64,000 bases of DNA from Candidatus Poribacteria bacterium. GTDB taxonomy: Bacteria > Poribacteria > WGA-4E > WGA-3G. Below the pieces are notes generated by a model. The model made no database searches and had not been told where the DNA came from. It worked only from the letters and a program-made list of their open reading frames with translations. The stretch lies in NCBI GenBank assembly GCA_965205015.1, contig OZ242029.1:1440001-1504000 (forward strand). Reading direction: 5' to 3'. Position numbers and translations under genes: made by a program. This document shows, piece by piece, positions 48,230 to 58,825 of this stretch. Each line of letters begins with the position of its first letter. Positions within the stretch are counted from its first letter, which is position 1.

Positions 48230-49012
48230 TCACGGCATCCAGAGATTCCACTCCCCTTTTTTCTCCCATTTGCGACAGGCGAGACATAAGCACATATATC
48301 GGATTGCGAAGCGCGGGGCAGAACCGACATTCATTGCGCCACAATGTGGTAATAGATGGTGGAAAAACAGGACATCTCCCTGTTTGGCAACGACTTCCAT
48401 CGGTTCGCCTAAATCCATCTTTGGAAAGTGGGCACCAACATCGCGAACATGGTTTGAAAATTCCGGGTTTTTCTCACGGAATTCTCGAATCCGTTGTGCA
48501 CCTTTGGGCCATATCACGGTCGCTCCGCTGTGCGCATTCACGTTCGTGAGGTAGGTTAAACTGGTTACTCGGAATGTCCCAGGATCCAGCCGTAAATCCC
48601 GAAAACCGCCATCCAAGTGAGGGGACGGCCATTTCCACTCGGAATCCGAAACAGGAAATTGATTGAGTGCCCAGATACCATCAGGAGAGCAACTCTCACA
48701 ATGCGGAATTTCTGGGTATCGGGACGCGAGTTGTTTGAGAACAGCGAGATACTCAGGCGTGCAACACGCCAAGACATCCAGATGGGTAACGCCGTAGAGT
48801 TCAATCCGCTTTCCATCTGCCATTTTCTCCATATAAAAACCGGCGAGCGGTGGACGTTTGAAGTGGTCCCATGAATTCGGGTCATCCGCGTCCATGCCCA
48901 TCATCTTCCACATTGCTGCCTCCGCTTTTGTGACAGTCTCTTGCGGAATCAATCCGGGAAGCAGTAAATAGCCCTCTTCTTCAAATTGCGCCAACTGTTG
49001 CTTTGAAAGCAT
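48230..49012 (-). CDS. PhyH family dioxygenase
   Basis: FEEEGYLLL, PHLDG, GDVLFFHHLLPH. Confidence 0.8.
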   Translation of the reverse strand: MLSKQQLAQFEEEGYLLLPGLIPQETVTKAEAAMWKMMGMDADDPNSWDHFKRPPLAGFYMEKMADGKRIELYGVTHLDVLACCTPEYLAVLKQLASRYPEIPHCESCSPDGIWALNQFPVSDSEWKWPSPHLDGGFRDLRLDPGTFRVTSLTYLTNVNAHSGATVIWPKGAQRIREFREKNPEFSNHVRDVGAHFPKMDLGEPMEVVAKQGDVLFFHHLLPHCGAMNVGSAPRFAIRYMCLCLACRKWEKKGEWNLWMP

Positions 49013-49029
49013 TTAACACCCCTTATCGT

Positions 49030-49842
49030 TTAATCCCCAATCGTGAATTTGGTGATATCAACAGAAGGTTCGGGATACTTCATGTCGAGTTTCCGGAGCG
49101 TCTCAACGATACACTCTGTGATAACGAGGTTCCGATACCACTTCTTATTCGCAGGAATTACGTGCCACGGTGCCCAGTCGGTACTACACTTCTGGAGCAT
49201 TACTTCATACGCCTGCATATAATCATCCCAATACGCTCGTTCACGAACATCGGATTCCTCGACTTTCCAATGTTTCGTCGGATCGCTAATTCGAGATTCG
49301 AGACGCGCCTTCTGTTCATCTTTTGAGATGTGAAGGAAAAATTTTAGGACGACCGTTCCACTTTCAACGAGCATCTTTTCAAAATCGTTAATCTGCTGAT
49401 AATGCCGCGACCAGGCCGCCTCTGGTACGAGATTGTGTACCCGAACAACGAGGACGTCTTCATAATGCGAACGGTTAAAGATACCGATTTTCCCTTTCGA
49501 TGGAACGGCTCTATGGGCACGCCATAAGAAATCACGGGAAAGTTCATCCGCAGAAGGGACTTTGAAATTAAAGACATCGCACCCCTGAACGTTGATGCCA
49601 GCCATTACCCGCCGAATGGTGCCATCCTTGCCACATGTATCCATGCCTTGCAGGATGATGAGAAGTGCATGCTGACTTTCAGCGTAAAGCAGTTCCTGAA
49701 GTTTCAGGAGTTGCCTATGGAGTTTTTTCAGCCTGCGCTTGGTTTGACCTTTTTTTTCGTAATCCCCCGTGAAATCGGGGGGGTAATCGCTCAGCTTGAT
49801 GAGCCCGCCGGGTTTAATGATATTCTTCGTTTCAAGTTCCAT
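49030..49842 (-). CDS. ppk2: Polyphosphate kinase 2 family (class III-like)
   Basis: QGMDTCGKDGTI, FKVPS, FNRSHYEDVL. Confidence 0.92.
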   Translation of the reverse strand: MELETKNIIKPGGLIKLSDYPPDFTGDYEKKGQTKRRLKKLHRQLLKLQELLYAESQHALLIILQGMDTCGKDGTIRRVMAGINVQGCDVFNFKVPSADELSRDFLWRAHRAVPSKGKIGIFNRSHYEDVLVVRVHNLVPEAAWSRHYQQINDFEKMLVESGTVVLKFFLHISKDEQKARLESRISDPTKHWKVEESDVRERAYWDDYMQAYEVMLQKCSTDWAPWHVIPANKKWYRNLVITECIVETLRKLDMKYPEPSVDITKFTIGD

Positions 49843-50001
49843 ATTTTTAATAGTTGTCAGTTATCGGTTTAGACTCTCCCACACTTACTGACATAAAACT
49901 TTTGAAGCGCGTGGGCGAGTCTGGGTTATTGGAGGAATAGTTATCGGTCTTCGGAAAAGCGGAGGATTTCGTTAAACGAAAACCTCTTAACCGAAAACGA
50001 A

Positions 50002-53000
50002 TTATTGCGACAAAGACTCGTAGTAATCATCAACAAGTCTACGGTACTCAGGTGGAACATCTTCCCTTGCGACTTGAGCGAGCCGTTTTTTCTCTTGGAG
50101 CGTGTTAAGCCGCTCTTCGAGCGCGGATTCCAGCTGATCAAGATCCCTAATAACGAGGTCATAGTTAGGGAATGGATTTGAGCGATTTCCGGGTCGATAG
50201 TCCATTGTATCAAGCATACCGAGCCAGAGTCTTTCAATCTCCCTGTTTGACTCCCTGCCCCCTGTACGGGAAACCTCCTGATCTGCGGGTTCATCGGAAC
50301 CAGGTTGGTTCCCACTTTGTCGTTGCATCGCCTCCTGTGCGCGTTGCATCTGCTCTTGAATTTGTTGTTGTTGCTCTGCGAGCTGCTCCCGCCGACGCTG
50401 TTGTTCTTCCGTCTGCTCCTGACCTTCCATCGCTTGAAGTTCGCGTTGGATGTCCTGCATCCGTTCTCGCGCCTGTTGGAGTTGTTCAAGTGCAGCTTCA
50501 AGTTGTTCTTCTTCGGTATTCGCCATATTGGCTCGCGCCTGCTGCAGATCCCCTTGTGTCTGTTCCAATGTATCTAAGACCTCTTGCTGATTCTGGTCAG
50601 CGGCTCGGAAACTCCGCCATTGCAAGGCGCGTTGCGCAGTCGCCATATCTCCCGTAGTCTGTTCTTCAGCGAGTCGTCTTGTCGCATCCGCTACATTTTG
50701 GGAGGCTTCTGGATTGTCTGGAGCGAGTTGTTCTTGAATGTTTCTCAGTGTGCGCTCAAGTGTCTCCAGATTGCGCTGAAGTTCGCGCTGCTGATTGGCG
50801 AGCTCAGACGCTTTTCGGAAATCTTCAGGACGCATCTCTGATTGCTGAGAACGCCCCCTGAGTTCCTGTGTCTGTTGCTGAACATCAGACTGTGTTTCTG
50901 TCAACTCCTGAAGTTGTTGAGAGGCTCTATCAAGCGCGGCATCTGTGTATTCTGCGGCGACCTTCTCTAACTGCTCAATGGCTTCCTGAAGTCTTTCTTC
51001 CGCCTTTTGCCCTTTGGCAGCACTCAACTGCGGTTCCTCCTGTTGCATGCCTTGTGCGGCTTCGTCCATCTGCTCACCCGCTTGTTGCATCGCTTGTCCG
51101 GCTTGGTTTAGGCGTTGCCCTTGGGTACTTTGCCCATTTTGTTGCATGGTGTCGAGCTGCTGCGCCATCCGTTGTGCTTGTTGCGCCAACTGTCCCTGTT
51201 GTTGACTGTTCTGCTGCATCTCACTCGGCGAGGGTTGATCTTCACGTCCTAACTGTTGGCTTTGTTGGCTCAACTGCTGCTGTTCCCCTAACATCTGACG
51301 CGCCTGATCTAACATCTCCTGCGTCTGCTCTTGCATCTCCGTGTCGAGTTCGTTCTGCTGATTCTCAAGCTCACTTTGCAGTTCCTCCATTTCAAGCTCA
51401 AGGTTCTCAGCGAGTTGAGGATTACTGTTCCGCATCTGCATCAGTACTTTGGGGATCTCAAGACTCACTTTTATCAGGAGTTCAAGGGCTTCCTGTTCCG
51501 GTGGAATCGCTTCATCGGGACGGACAGCGTTCAAACTATCGCTCGCTTCACCCATTTTGTCTATTGCGTCCTCCAAGTTCATCAGAATCTCAGGCGTGAC
51601 AGCGGATTCCCCTTGCATCGCAGCACTAAATTCATCTACAACTCGCTGCGTCTTATCCTTTAACTCGGTTTGTCTTTCGCCCGTTTTCCTGACTGCAGCC
51701 TGATATGTTTCGGTAATCGCTGCAGGTTTCGTGAGAACGTGCCTCGATGTCTCTCGGATAATCTCCTTCTGTGAGCTAATTACATCCAAAAGCGGATTCG
51801 GCTCAGCCTCCCCCGGCTGGCCTTCGCTTTCGCCTTCATGGAAATCCTCATTAAAGGGACGAATTTCAATGAAATAAATCTCGCTACTGGCTTCGCCGGG
51901 ACCGGTGCGCGTGTTATTATCGGTCGCGTGCGCGTAGTAGGAGATAATATCGCCCGGTTCAACGTCAAATTCCTCCAGATAGAAGGTATAGGTCCCCTCT
52001 GCATACTCGCTTTCAGGTAAGAGGTTTTCGTTACTGACGGAAACCGATTCTTTCGAGGATTCCATCACGAGTTCCTGTAATTCATCGGATCCAACGCGAT
52101 ACATGAGTTTTAATTCTGCAACGCCGTAGTCATCTGTTGCTTCAGCAATGATTTCCACCTCATCTAACTTCGTAGCTTTCACATCTCGACCCGGTTCCTT
52201 GATAACGACCTCTGGAACGGCATCCGGAATGGCTTTAATCATGTATTCGATCGGTATCTCGTTGTTGAACCCATCAATACATAGCAGTTGAATAGCATAA
52301 CTCCCATCCTCGACAACATCTATAGGGGTCGTCAGCGTGTTTCCATTAGAAATAATCATTTGGCTATCGGCGGAATAGAGGTCAGCAGTCAGGTCGGGTT
52401 GCTGATCACTGACCGCTTTTCGGCTGATGGCTATTGACGCAGTTTGAATCGCTTTGTTGGTGATAAGCTTTATCTCTGCTTGCGTACCGACGACAGCCCG
52501 AATATCCCCTGTCCCCGTTTGCACAACAGGTTTAAGACCCGTATAGTCAGGATACGTATAAGCGACCGAAATTTCAGTCACCTTCGGCATTTCAAAAACC
52601 TCAACAGTGTAGCGTTCTGAAATCGTCTCGTTCGCAACGACATAGTATTCCATATCGGCATCAATGTTGAAAATTTCATAGGCAAACCCGCGTTTATCGT
52701 CCGGATTTTGCAGCATGCCAATCATAGTTTTGGACTGTTGTTCGTCTGTGTTAACCTCGGATGTGGAGGGTTGCTGCGCGCCAATATCCCCATACGTCAA
52801 GACGACCTTTCCAGCAGATTTACCGGTGACAGTGACATGAATCGGCAGGCTCTTGCCGCGGAGGATACGTGCATTTCCCGGTTCAACAGTGAGTCTGGTT
52901 GTCAAAACCGGATCCGTTTTCTCCCAAGGGACCAATACACGGAGCAGGCTGGTATGGATTTCTGTCGGAAATAACAATGAAAGGATAACACAACCGACAA

Positions 53001-53481
53001 TAACCAAAGTCGCAATGCCGACATGCTTACGGGTTTGACTGTGATCGATCGTTGCTTTGAAATTGATACCTTTTACACGCGCAACGGTATCCTCAAGCAA
53101 ACGTTGAAGCATGTGTGCCTCAATCGGATCCGCCGATTCTCGGTTTCCGAATTCGATGGCACTCACCAGCCTATCTTCCAGGTCGGGATGATTGCGTTCA
53201 ACGTTAAGGGCGACATCCCGGAGCGTAAGCGATGCCCGGAGCGGTTGAATGAGATACTTATACAACAGGTAACCGATAACACCTGCCCCGATAACTAACA
53301 AAGCGATGCGTACAGCACTCGGGAGCGGCATCAGCCAATCAACGATAGCTTCACCCACAAACAGAGCGATAACACCCGTCAGGACAATAGCAAATCCTGT
53401 CCAGAAGAGGCTGCGTTTCCAGACGCGCCGTGCGTCTAAAACTCTCGTTTGTAATTCCGTATAATTTTCTTTTGTATTCAC
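50002..53481 (-). CDS. DUF4175-like membrane-anchored protein with Ig-like domains and Gln-rich coiled coil
   Basis: 3 TM helices, DRLVSAIEF, A.DDYG, VPPEYRRLVDDYYESLS. Confidence 0.75.
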   Translation of the reverse strand: MNTKENYTELQTRVLDARRVWKRSLFWTGFAIVLTGVIALFVGEAIVDWLMPLPSAVRIALLVIGAGVIGYLLYKYLIQPLRASLTLRDVALNVERNHPDLEDRLVSAIEFGNRESADPIEAHMLQRLLEDTVARVKGINFKATIDHSQTRKHVGIATLVIVGCVILSLLFPTEIHTSLLRVLVPWEKTDPVLTTRLTVEPGNARILRGKSLPIHVTVTGKSAGKVVLTYGDIGAQQPSTSEVNTDEQQSKTMIGMLQNPDDKRGFAYEIFNIDADMEYYVVANETISERYTVEVFEMPKVTEISVAYTYPDYTGLKPVVQTGTGDIRAVVGTQAEIKLITNKAIQTASIAISRKAVSDQQPDLTADLYSADSQMIISNGNTLTTPIDVVEDGSYAIQLLCIDGFNNEIPIEYMIKAIPDAVPEVVIKEPGRDVKATKLDEVEIIAEATDDYGVAELKLMYRVGSDELQELVMESSKESVSVSNENLLPESEYAEGTYTFYLEEFDVEPGDIISYYAHATDNNTRTGPGEASSEIYFIEIRPFNEDFHEGESEGQPGEAEPNPLLDVISSQKEIIRETSRHVLTKPAAITETYQAAVRKTGERQTELKDKTQRVVDEFSAAMQGESAVTPEILMNLEDAIDKMGEASDSLNAVRPDEAIPPEQEALELLIKVSLEIPKVLMQMRNSNPQLAENLELEMEELQSELENQQNELDTEMQEQTQEMLDQARQMLGEQQQLSQQSQQLGREDQPSPSEMQQNSQQQGQLAQQAQRMAQQLDTMQQNGQSTQGQRLNQAGQAMQQAGEQMDEAAQGMQQEEPQLSAAKGQKAEERLQEAIEQLEKVAAEYTDAALDRASQQLQELTETQSDVQQQTQELRGRSQQSEMRPEDFRKASELANQQRELQRNLETLERTLRNIQEQLAPDNPEASQNVADATRRLAEEQTTGDMATAQRALQWRSFRAADQNQQEVLDTLEQTQGDLQQARANMANTEEEQLEAALEQLQQARERMQDIQRELQAMEGQEQTEEQQRRREQLAEQQQQIQEQMQRAQEAMQRQSGNQPGSDEPADQEVSRTGGRESNREIERLWLGMLDTMDYRPGNRSNPFPNYDLVIRDLDQLESALEERLNTLQEKKRLAQVAREDVPPEYRRLVDDYYESLSQ

Positions 53482-53615
53482 CAGTCGCCTCCAGTTATGT
53501 TTTGCATAGGAACGGTCTTCGTGTCAGTTTCTACAGTTTCCACCTGTCATTTGTCGCGTGCTGTTCACAGTGAACTGTAGCGTATCACTCGCAAATTGCG
53601 TAAGCCCCAATATAC

Positions 53616-54293
53616 TTAGGAGGCAAAGAGGACTTCAGACAGAACCATGAGTATCCACAGAATCACCGCAGCGATACGGGATCTGGTCTTTTCCATATCA
53701 GCAAGCGCGGCGATTGCTATTGCTATCACTGCGATTAGCCATAGACTCAGCGGATTCATGTGACTGAGGAACACCAATAACTTAGTGTTTGCCCCAGAAT
53801 CAAACAGCATGTGGAGTCCCGGGATCATTTTGAAGTCCACTCCGCTTTTGACATCTCCCACGTCTCTAAAAACAAGTAAGAGTGCGGTGTTGACGAGCTG
53901 TATGACGCAATTGATCAACGAAATATGGATAACAGCGGCGTAGATATGCTGGAACCTTAATGTCTCATTTTTTAGCAGATATCGCGCGCCTAATTTGAGG
54001 AGAGCACTGCCAACGATAAACCCTACCACCGTAAAAAGCGGGCCCAGAAAGATGATAAGCGCTCCCATAACCCGGGCGATGGTTTGAAGTTGTTCGGAAG
54101 GTGCATCCCCCTCTGCCATGCCTTTAGACATCAATTGTTGCATGTAAGGCGCGATAGCCCACAACAGTAGAACAGAAAATAGGTAGAAGATAACAAAGGC
54201 GACTCCCGACCTCGGTTGGGATTTAAGACGTGTAAAGGTACTCCTTGGCTCAGCGACGAGGTCCCCGATGTTCTGTAAACTCTCGTTCATCAT
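53616..54293 (-). CDS. Yip1-domain membrane protein
   Basis: EPRSTF..LK..P start; about 5 TM helices. Confidence 0.7.
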   Translation of the reverse strand: MMNESLQNIGDLVAEPRSTFTRLKSQPRSGVAFVIFYLFSVLLLWAIAPYMQQLMSKGMAEGDAPSEQLQTIARVMGALIIFLGPLFTVVGFIVGSALLKLGARYLLKNETLRFQHIYAAVIHISLINCVIQLVNTALLLVFRDVGDVKSGVDFKMIPGLHMLFDSGANTKLLVFLSHMNPLSLWLIAVIAIAIAALADMEKTRSRIAAVILWILMVLSEVLFAS

Positions 54294-54403
54294 TTTTTCC
54301 TACAGATTAGACAAGATTTTCTTGAAATTGATTGTAACCCCTTTTTAAACTGCCCTAAACTTTTCAGTAGCAACTATTGGGACATCTATCCTACAGAAAA
54401 ATC

Positions 54404-55582
54404 TCAATCAGAAGTTTGTTCATACAGTTTACTTTTTTCTACCTCTAACTGTGCCTTCTGCCAACTGTAATCGACACCGCCGTCATAGAATTTATCCGGA
54501 TGCTCCACTGCCCAAATTTGTTTATGAATAATCCAGTTCTGCGGGTCTAATGCCAAAGCCTTCCGCCATTCCGCCATCGCCTCTTCTTTTTTACCGACCT
54601 CCAACAAGACCAGACCCAGTTGGAAACGTGCAGTAGCTTCAGTAGTCGTTTGCGCATTTAGCGTATCTAAGGGTTTCGCATCATGGAGCAATTTCGCATT
54701 ATAATCGGGGTCTGACAACCATTTTTCAAGCATTGCGAGGGTTTCTTGATCTGCGACATTGATGTTGAACGGTCCTTTTACCAATCGCCCTGCTTCATCA
54801 ACCATAACACCATACGGAATCGCTTTGAGGTCATAGCGGTTTCCGAACGTATTTTGTGAATCAACGAGCGTGACAAAATCGGCGTTTGCCGCCTGATGCC
54901 AAGGGCGTACGACGGATGCGCCTTGTGCATCAAGCGCAATAGAGACAAGGTTTAACGTCTCGCGGTGTTTGGCATAAAACCTCTGCCAGCCTGGCAGTTG
55001 TTCACGACACCCTCACCACGATCCCCAAACATAGAGGAGTGTCTTTTTTCCTCTGAAATCGCGTAAGCGTTTTGGCGTCCCTTCAAGGTCGGGGAGCGTA
55101 AATTCGGGAGCGAAGTGCATGGGTTGAACAACCTCTAACCGATTTGCTGATACTTCGTAGACTTCAAAGCCGAAGGGTTCCGCGACAAGCACCGGTTGGA
55201 CATAAGTTACGCCATCAATATCAACAACACCCTTCTTACTATCTTCGAATTCGAGGGGCACACAGAGTTCCGATGCTACACCGCCGCAGAGAACCACCAT
55301 CTTTGCACCTTCCGGGTACTCAACCTTTAACCCGAGCCGTTTGGCGAAAGGTTCCAAAGGCACGAACCAATTACCATCTTCAAGAATAGGAGGTGCGGCA
55401 AATCTGAAAGGTTGGGCATCTATCGAAATATGAAAATCCTTTTTGTTCATATTCCCCTCTTCGGTCACCCCCATCCATACACCTACTGTACAGGTCAACG
55501 CCGCTACCAACATTGCGAACCATGTTACAATAGGGCGCAACTTGGAAGGGCGCAACTTGGAAGCCAGCATTGCAATAATCAT
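54404..55582 (-). CDS. TlpA/ResA-like thioredoxin-fold selenoprotein (WGSW-U-GC) with N-terminal anchor and C-terminal TPR; 392 aa, Sec at 55013-55015
   Basis: Frame stays open across the TGA: ...APEFTLPDLEG...YVWGSW-U-GCREQLPGWQRF...SIALD...TLVD...AIPYGVMVDEAG, joining ORF 54404..54805. Confidence 0.88.
54983..54997 (-). promoter_or_regulatory. Candidate SECIS
   Basis: CTGCCA-GGC-TGGCAG starting 16 nt after the TGA. Confidence 0.65.
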
Positions 55583-55947
55583 TGTGTTTTTTTCTCTCGA
55601 TGTTCTGAATCGTAGATCAGAAATTTAATGATTTCTTCCGCGGTCTTTGGCGTAAGCCCTGAACCCGGTTTCCGCATCATCTTATAGACATATTTTCGCC
55701 ATTCCGCTGCGGCAAAAGTCGAATTAATCGGGCGTGCAACGGTATGGCATCGGCTACATTTACGGGCAAAAAGTTCGTAAGCCTCCTGCATCTTGGGCGG
55801 ATAGGTGGTAACATCAATAAAGTTGGGTCCCTTATCCGCGGGATAGGTTTTAGGTACCGCCCGCGGGGCGCGCAAGGCGTAAATCATCCCAATCCCAACG
55901 AGGAGGATAACCCCCAAGACAGTAAACCAGACGATTGTGTTTTGCAT
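55579..55947 (-). CDS. Membrane-anchored mono-heme c-type cytochrome
   Basis: N-terminal TM, CSRCH, W..YVYKMMRKPGS with distal Met candidates; ATGA overlap with the selenoprotein gene. Confidence 0.85.
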   Translation of the reverse strand: MQNTIVWFTVLGVILLVGIGMIYALRAPRAVPKTYPADKGPNFIDVTTYPPKMQEAYELFARKCSRCHTVARPINSTFAAAEWRKYVYKMMRKPGSGLTPKTAEEIIKFLIYDSEHREKKTQ

Positions 55948-56021
55948 GTTTATCGGCGGTCATCCATCAGCGTATTGGCTATCGGCTTTTAGAAAAAGGA
56001 CCTTTTTGCTGACGGCTATTC

Positions 56022-57866
56022 TTACTGAAGACTTTTAACTTTTTCCACAATAGTGTCGGCACTAATGCCGTGATGTTCCAAAAGTTCTTCCGGTTTCCCT
56101 GACCTCGGCACTCCTGTAACTGCGAGTTTGTAGACGCAGACGCCTTCAGTTGCCACAGCATCAAGGACAGCATCACCGAGACCACCTTCAGGATAATGGT
56201 CTTCAACGGTGATTAGGGTGTTGCTTGTCTCAGATGCCGCCTTTCGTAGTGCGTCCTTATCAATCGGCTTGATAGAATAGAGATCTATAATTCGGACGGC
56301 AATCCCTTCTTGCGCAAGTATTTCATGTGCTTTCAACGCTTCGTGAAGGGCAACACCTGCGGCAACAACGGTCGCCTTATCTTCACCACTTTCCCGAATA
56401 ACTTTACATCCACCGATTGGGAAACTCTCATTAGCATCGTAGAGGATAGCGGTTTTTGGACGTGAGGTGCGGAGGTAAACAATCCCTTCGTATGCAGCAG
56501 CTTCTGAGACGAGCCGTTCCGCGGCAACCGCGTCGCTTGGATACAGCACGACCGCTCCCGGAATTGCGCGGAACATCGCGATGTCCTCTAAACCCATCTG
56601 TGAGGGACCATCTTCACCAATAGAGACGCCACAGTGTGAACCGGCATATTTAATATTCGCTTGTGAGATCGCAGACATCCGAATCTGATCATAGGCACGG
56701 GATAAAAAGGCAGCAAACGTGGAGACAAACGGAATCTTCCCGCGTTTCGCCAAACCGATGCCAGCACCGACCAAATTTTGTTCCGCGATAAACATCTCGA
56801 AATAGCGATTCGGATGGAGGTCCATAAATTGTTCAGCATACGTGGAATTTTTAGTGTCCCCGTCCAAGGCGACAACAGTGGGATTCACGCTGCCGAGTTT
56901 TGCCAAACCTGCGCCGTAGCCACTCCGCGTTGCGACTTCTTCGTCCACCGGATAGTCAGGCGGTTCACATTCAGTTAGGGTTGAACCATCGGTACTCGCA
57001 TTTATAGGATTCGGGGCTTCAATCTGAACGGGAACCTCCACATGCAACGGACCGAGTTCAGCTAAAGCCTTATCAAGTTCGTCACCCTCGGCAAGTGCTT
57101 TTCCGTGCCAGTTGTCGGCGTTTTCAAGGAACGAAACCCCTTTCCCCTTAAAAGTTTTGGCGACTATCATCGTCGGTTTCTCGTCCGAAACCTTCGCCTC
57201 GTCGAGTGCGGGAAGGATTTCATCAAAATCGTGTCCATCAATGCCGATGGCTTGCCAACCAAACGCCTCAAAACGCTGACAATAGGTATCAACATCGAAG
57301 GCATACATTGTCCGCTGACTCTGTCCAAGCGCATTTACATCCACAATCCCAATCAAATTATTAAGTTTGTAGTGCGATGCCAAAGCAGCCGCCTCCCAGA
57401 CGCCACCTTCGGCAGTCTCGCCATCACCAAGGAGGACATACACCCGGTAGTCAGCATTGTCTAAGTATTTGCCATTGAGAGCCATGCCGAGTCCAAGCGA
57501 TAAGCCCTGTCCAAGGGATCCAGTTGCGACTTCTGTCCATTCGAACCGAGGGGTCGGATGCCCCTCGAAAATGCTATCAATTTGTCGTAGTGTGCGCAGT
57601 TTCTCGGTTGGAATAATCCCGGCTTCCGCGTAAGCCGCGTAAAGCAGTGGTGCGGCATGTCCTTTGGACAAGATGAATCTATCGTTGTTGGGGTTCTGCG
57701 CATCGGTCGTGTCATAACGCATGGCGTGAAAAAAGAGTGCTGAGACGATATCCGCAGCCGAGAGACACGTGGTTGGATGTCCAGAACCCGCCTCCGATGT
57801 AGAGATGACGGAATGAATGCGTAGGTTAGTCGCTTTCTGTTTGAGAAAATTTTTCAAGGTTTCCAC
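56022..57866 (-). CDS. tkt: Transketolase (short, eukaryote-like type)
   Basis: GSGHPT, LSKGHAAP, GDGETAEG, IAEQN, GEDGPSQM. Confidence 0.93.
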   Translation of the reverse strand: METLKNFLKQKATNLRIHSVISTSEAGSGHPTTCLSAADIVSALFFHAMRYDTTDAQNPNNDRFILSKGHAAPLLYAAYAEAGIIPTEKLRTLRQIDSIFEGHPTPRFEWTEVATGSLGQGLSLGLGMALNGKYLDNADYRVYVLLGDGETAEGGVWEAAALASHYKLNNLIGIVDVNALGQSQRTMYAFDVDTYCQRFEAFGWQAIGIDGHDFDEILPALDEAKVSDEKPTMIVAKTFKGKGVSFLENADNWHGKALAEGDELDKALAELGPLHVEVPVQIEAPNPINASTDGSTLTECEPPDYPVDEEVATRSGYGAGLAKLGSVNPTVVALDGDTKNSTYAEQFMDLHPNRYFEMFIAEQNLVGAGIGLAKRGKIPFVSTFAAFLSRAYDQIRMSAISQANIKYAGSHCGVSIGEDGPSQMGLEDIAMFRAIPGAVVLYPSDAVAAERLVSEAAAYEGIVYLRTSRPKTAILYDANESFPIGGCKVIRESGEDKATVVAAGVALHEALKAHEILAQEGIAVRIIDLYSIKPIDKDALRKAASETSNTLITVEDHYPEGGLGDAVLDAVATEGVCVYKLAVTGVPRSGKPEELLEHHGISADTIVEKVKSLQ

Positions 57867-57939
57867 AAATTTTGCTAATCCTTTTTAGTAGTTGCGGGTT
57901 TTCGTAGAAAACCCGTACTGATAACCCTTCCTCTGACGG

Positions 57940-58656
57940 CTATTTTGGGTTCAACTGAGTCGCTCGTCGCTCTGCGGCTAACGAAAGATAATGTTCTTGA
58001 CACGTCTGGATGAGATTCTCAAAAGTTACAATGGCTTGCGGGATGTCTTGCATTTTGACGTACGCTTCTGCTTGCCAGTACATCGCCTTGGCTACAATCG
58101 AATTGGAATTTGTCACATTCTCCGGCGTGCCTTGGGCTTCGTTTTCTATAGCCTCCGCAAATTTTTCGATTGCGCGTTGATAATCTTTCTCCTCATAGTA
58201 GGCTTTCAGAGCATCTGCATAAGCGAAATTGTTTTGTTCCTGTGGTCGTAAAAATTCAACTTCAACCGGAGGTAATTCCAGCGGGGGGACCGCCTCTAAA
58301 TCTGCTTCGTCCGGTAATGCCTCTATTGCTTCTAAATCTTCTTCGTCTGGTAATGCATCTATCGCTTCAGCGAGTCGTTGTTCGTATGATTCAGTGTCAT
58401 CGCTACCTCTTTCTTTCGGAGTGTCTTCCTTTTCATCTTCAGGCTCTTCCACTGCCTCTTCATCTTCATCCTCTTCTACTTCCTCAACTGCTGCGGCTTC
58501 ACGAAATGCGTGAGAGAGTGCAGTAGCAGAATCCTCTAAATCATCTTCCAAATCAACGACATCAGCATCCTCTTCATCCAGATAGGAATCCTGTGATTCA
58601 TCATCAAAATCGTCTATTTCGTCAAAGTCGTCTGTTTCGTCAAAACTAAATACCAT
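57940..58656 (-). CDS. Acidic low-complexity protein with C-terminal TPR (CpoB/BamD-like) domain
   Basis: D/E-rich N-half; AMYWQAEAY...AIVTFENL. Confidence 0.65.
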   Translation of the reverse strand: MVFSFDETDDFDEIDDFDDESQDSYLDEEDADVVDLEDDLEDSATALSHAFREAAAVEEVEEDEDEEAVEEPEDEKEDTPKERGSDDTESYEQRLAEAIDALPDEEDLEAIEALPDEADLEAVPPLELPPVEVEFLRPQEQNNFAYADALKAYYEEKDYQRAIEKFAEAIENEAQGTPENVTNSNSIVAKAMYWQAEAYVKMQDIPQAIVTFENLIQTCQEHYLSLAAERRATQLNPK

Positions 58657-58825
58657 TCGTTCCTCCAGATTTCTGTTTTTTCAGTTGTCAGTAATCGGAA
58701 GAAGGGTTGTCGGTTACAAGAGGAAACCTTTGTTAAACGAAACCTCTTTACCGATAACTGAAAGGGTTTTCGTAGAAAATCCGAGTCGATAACCGACAAC
58801 CATAAAACCGATAATTGATAATCAC

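Noticed and set aside
55533-55563. 15-bp tandem duplication (SKLRPSKLRP)
   Set aside because: Simple in-frame micro-duplication with no functional signal
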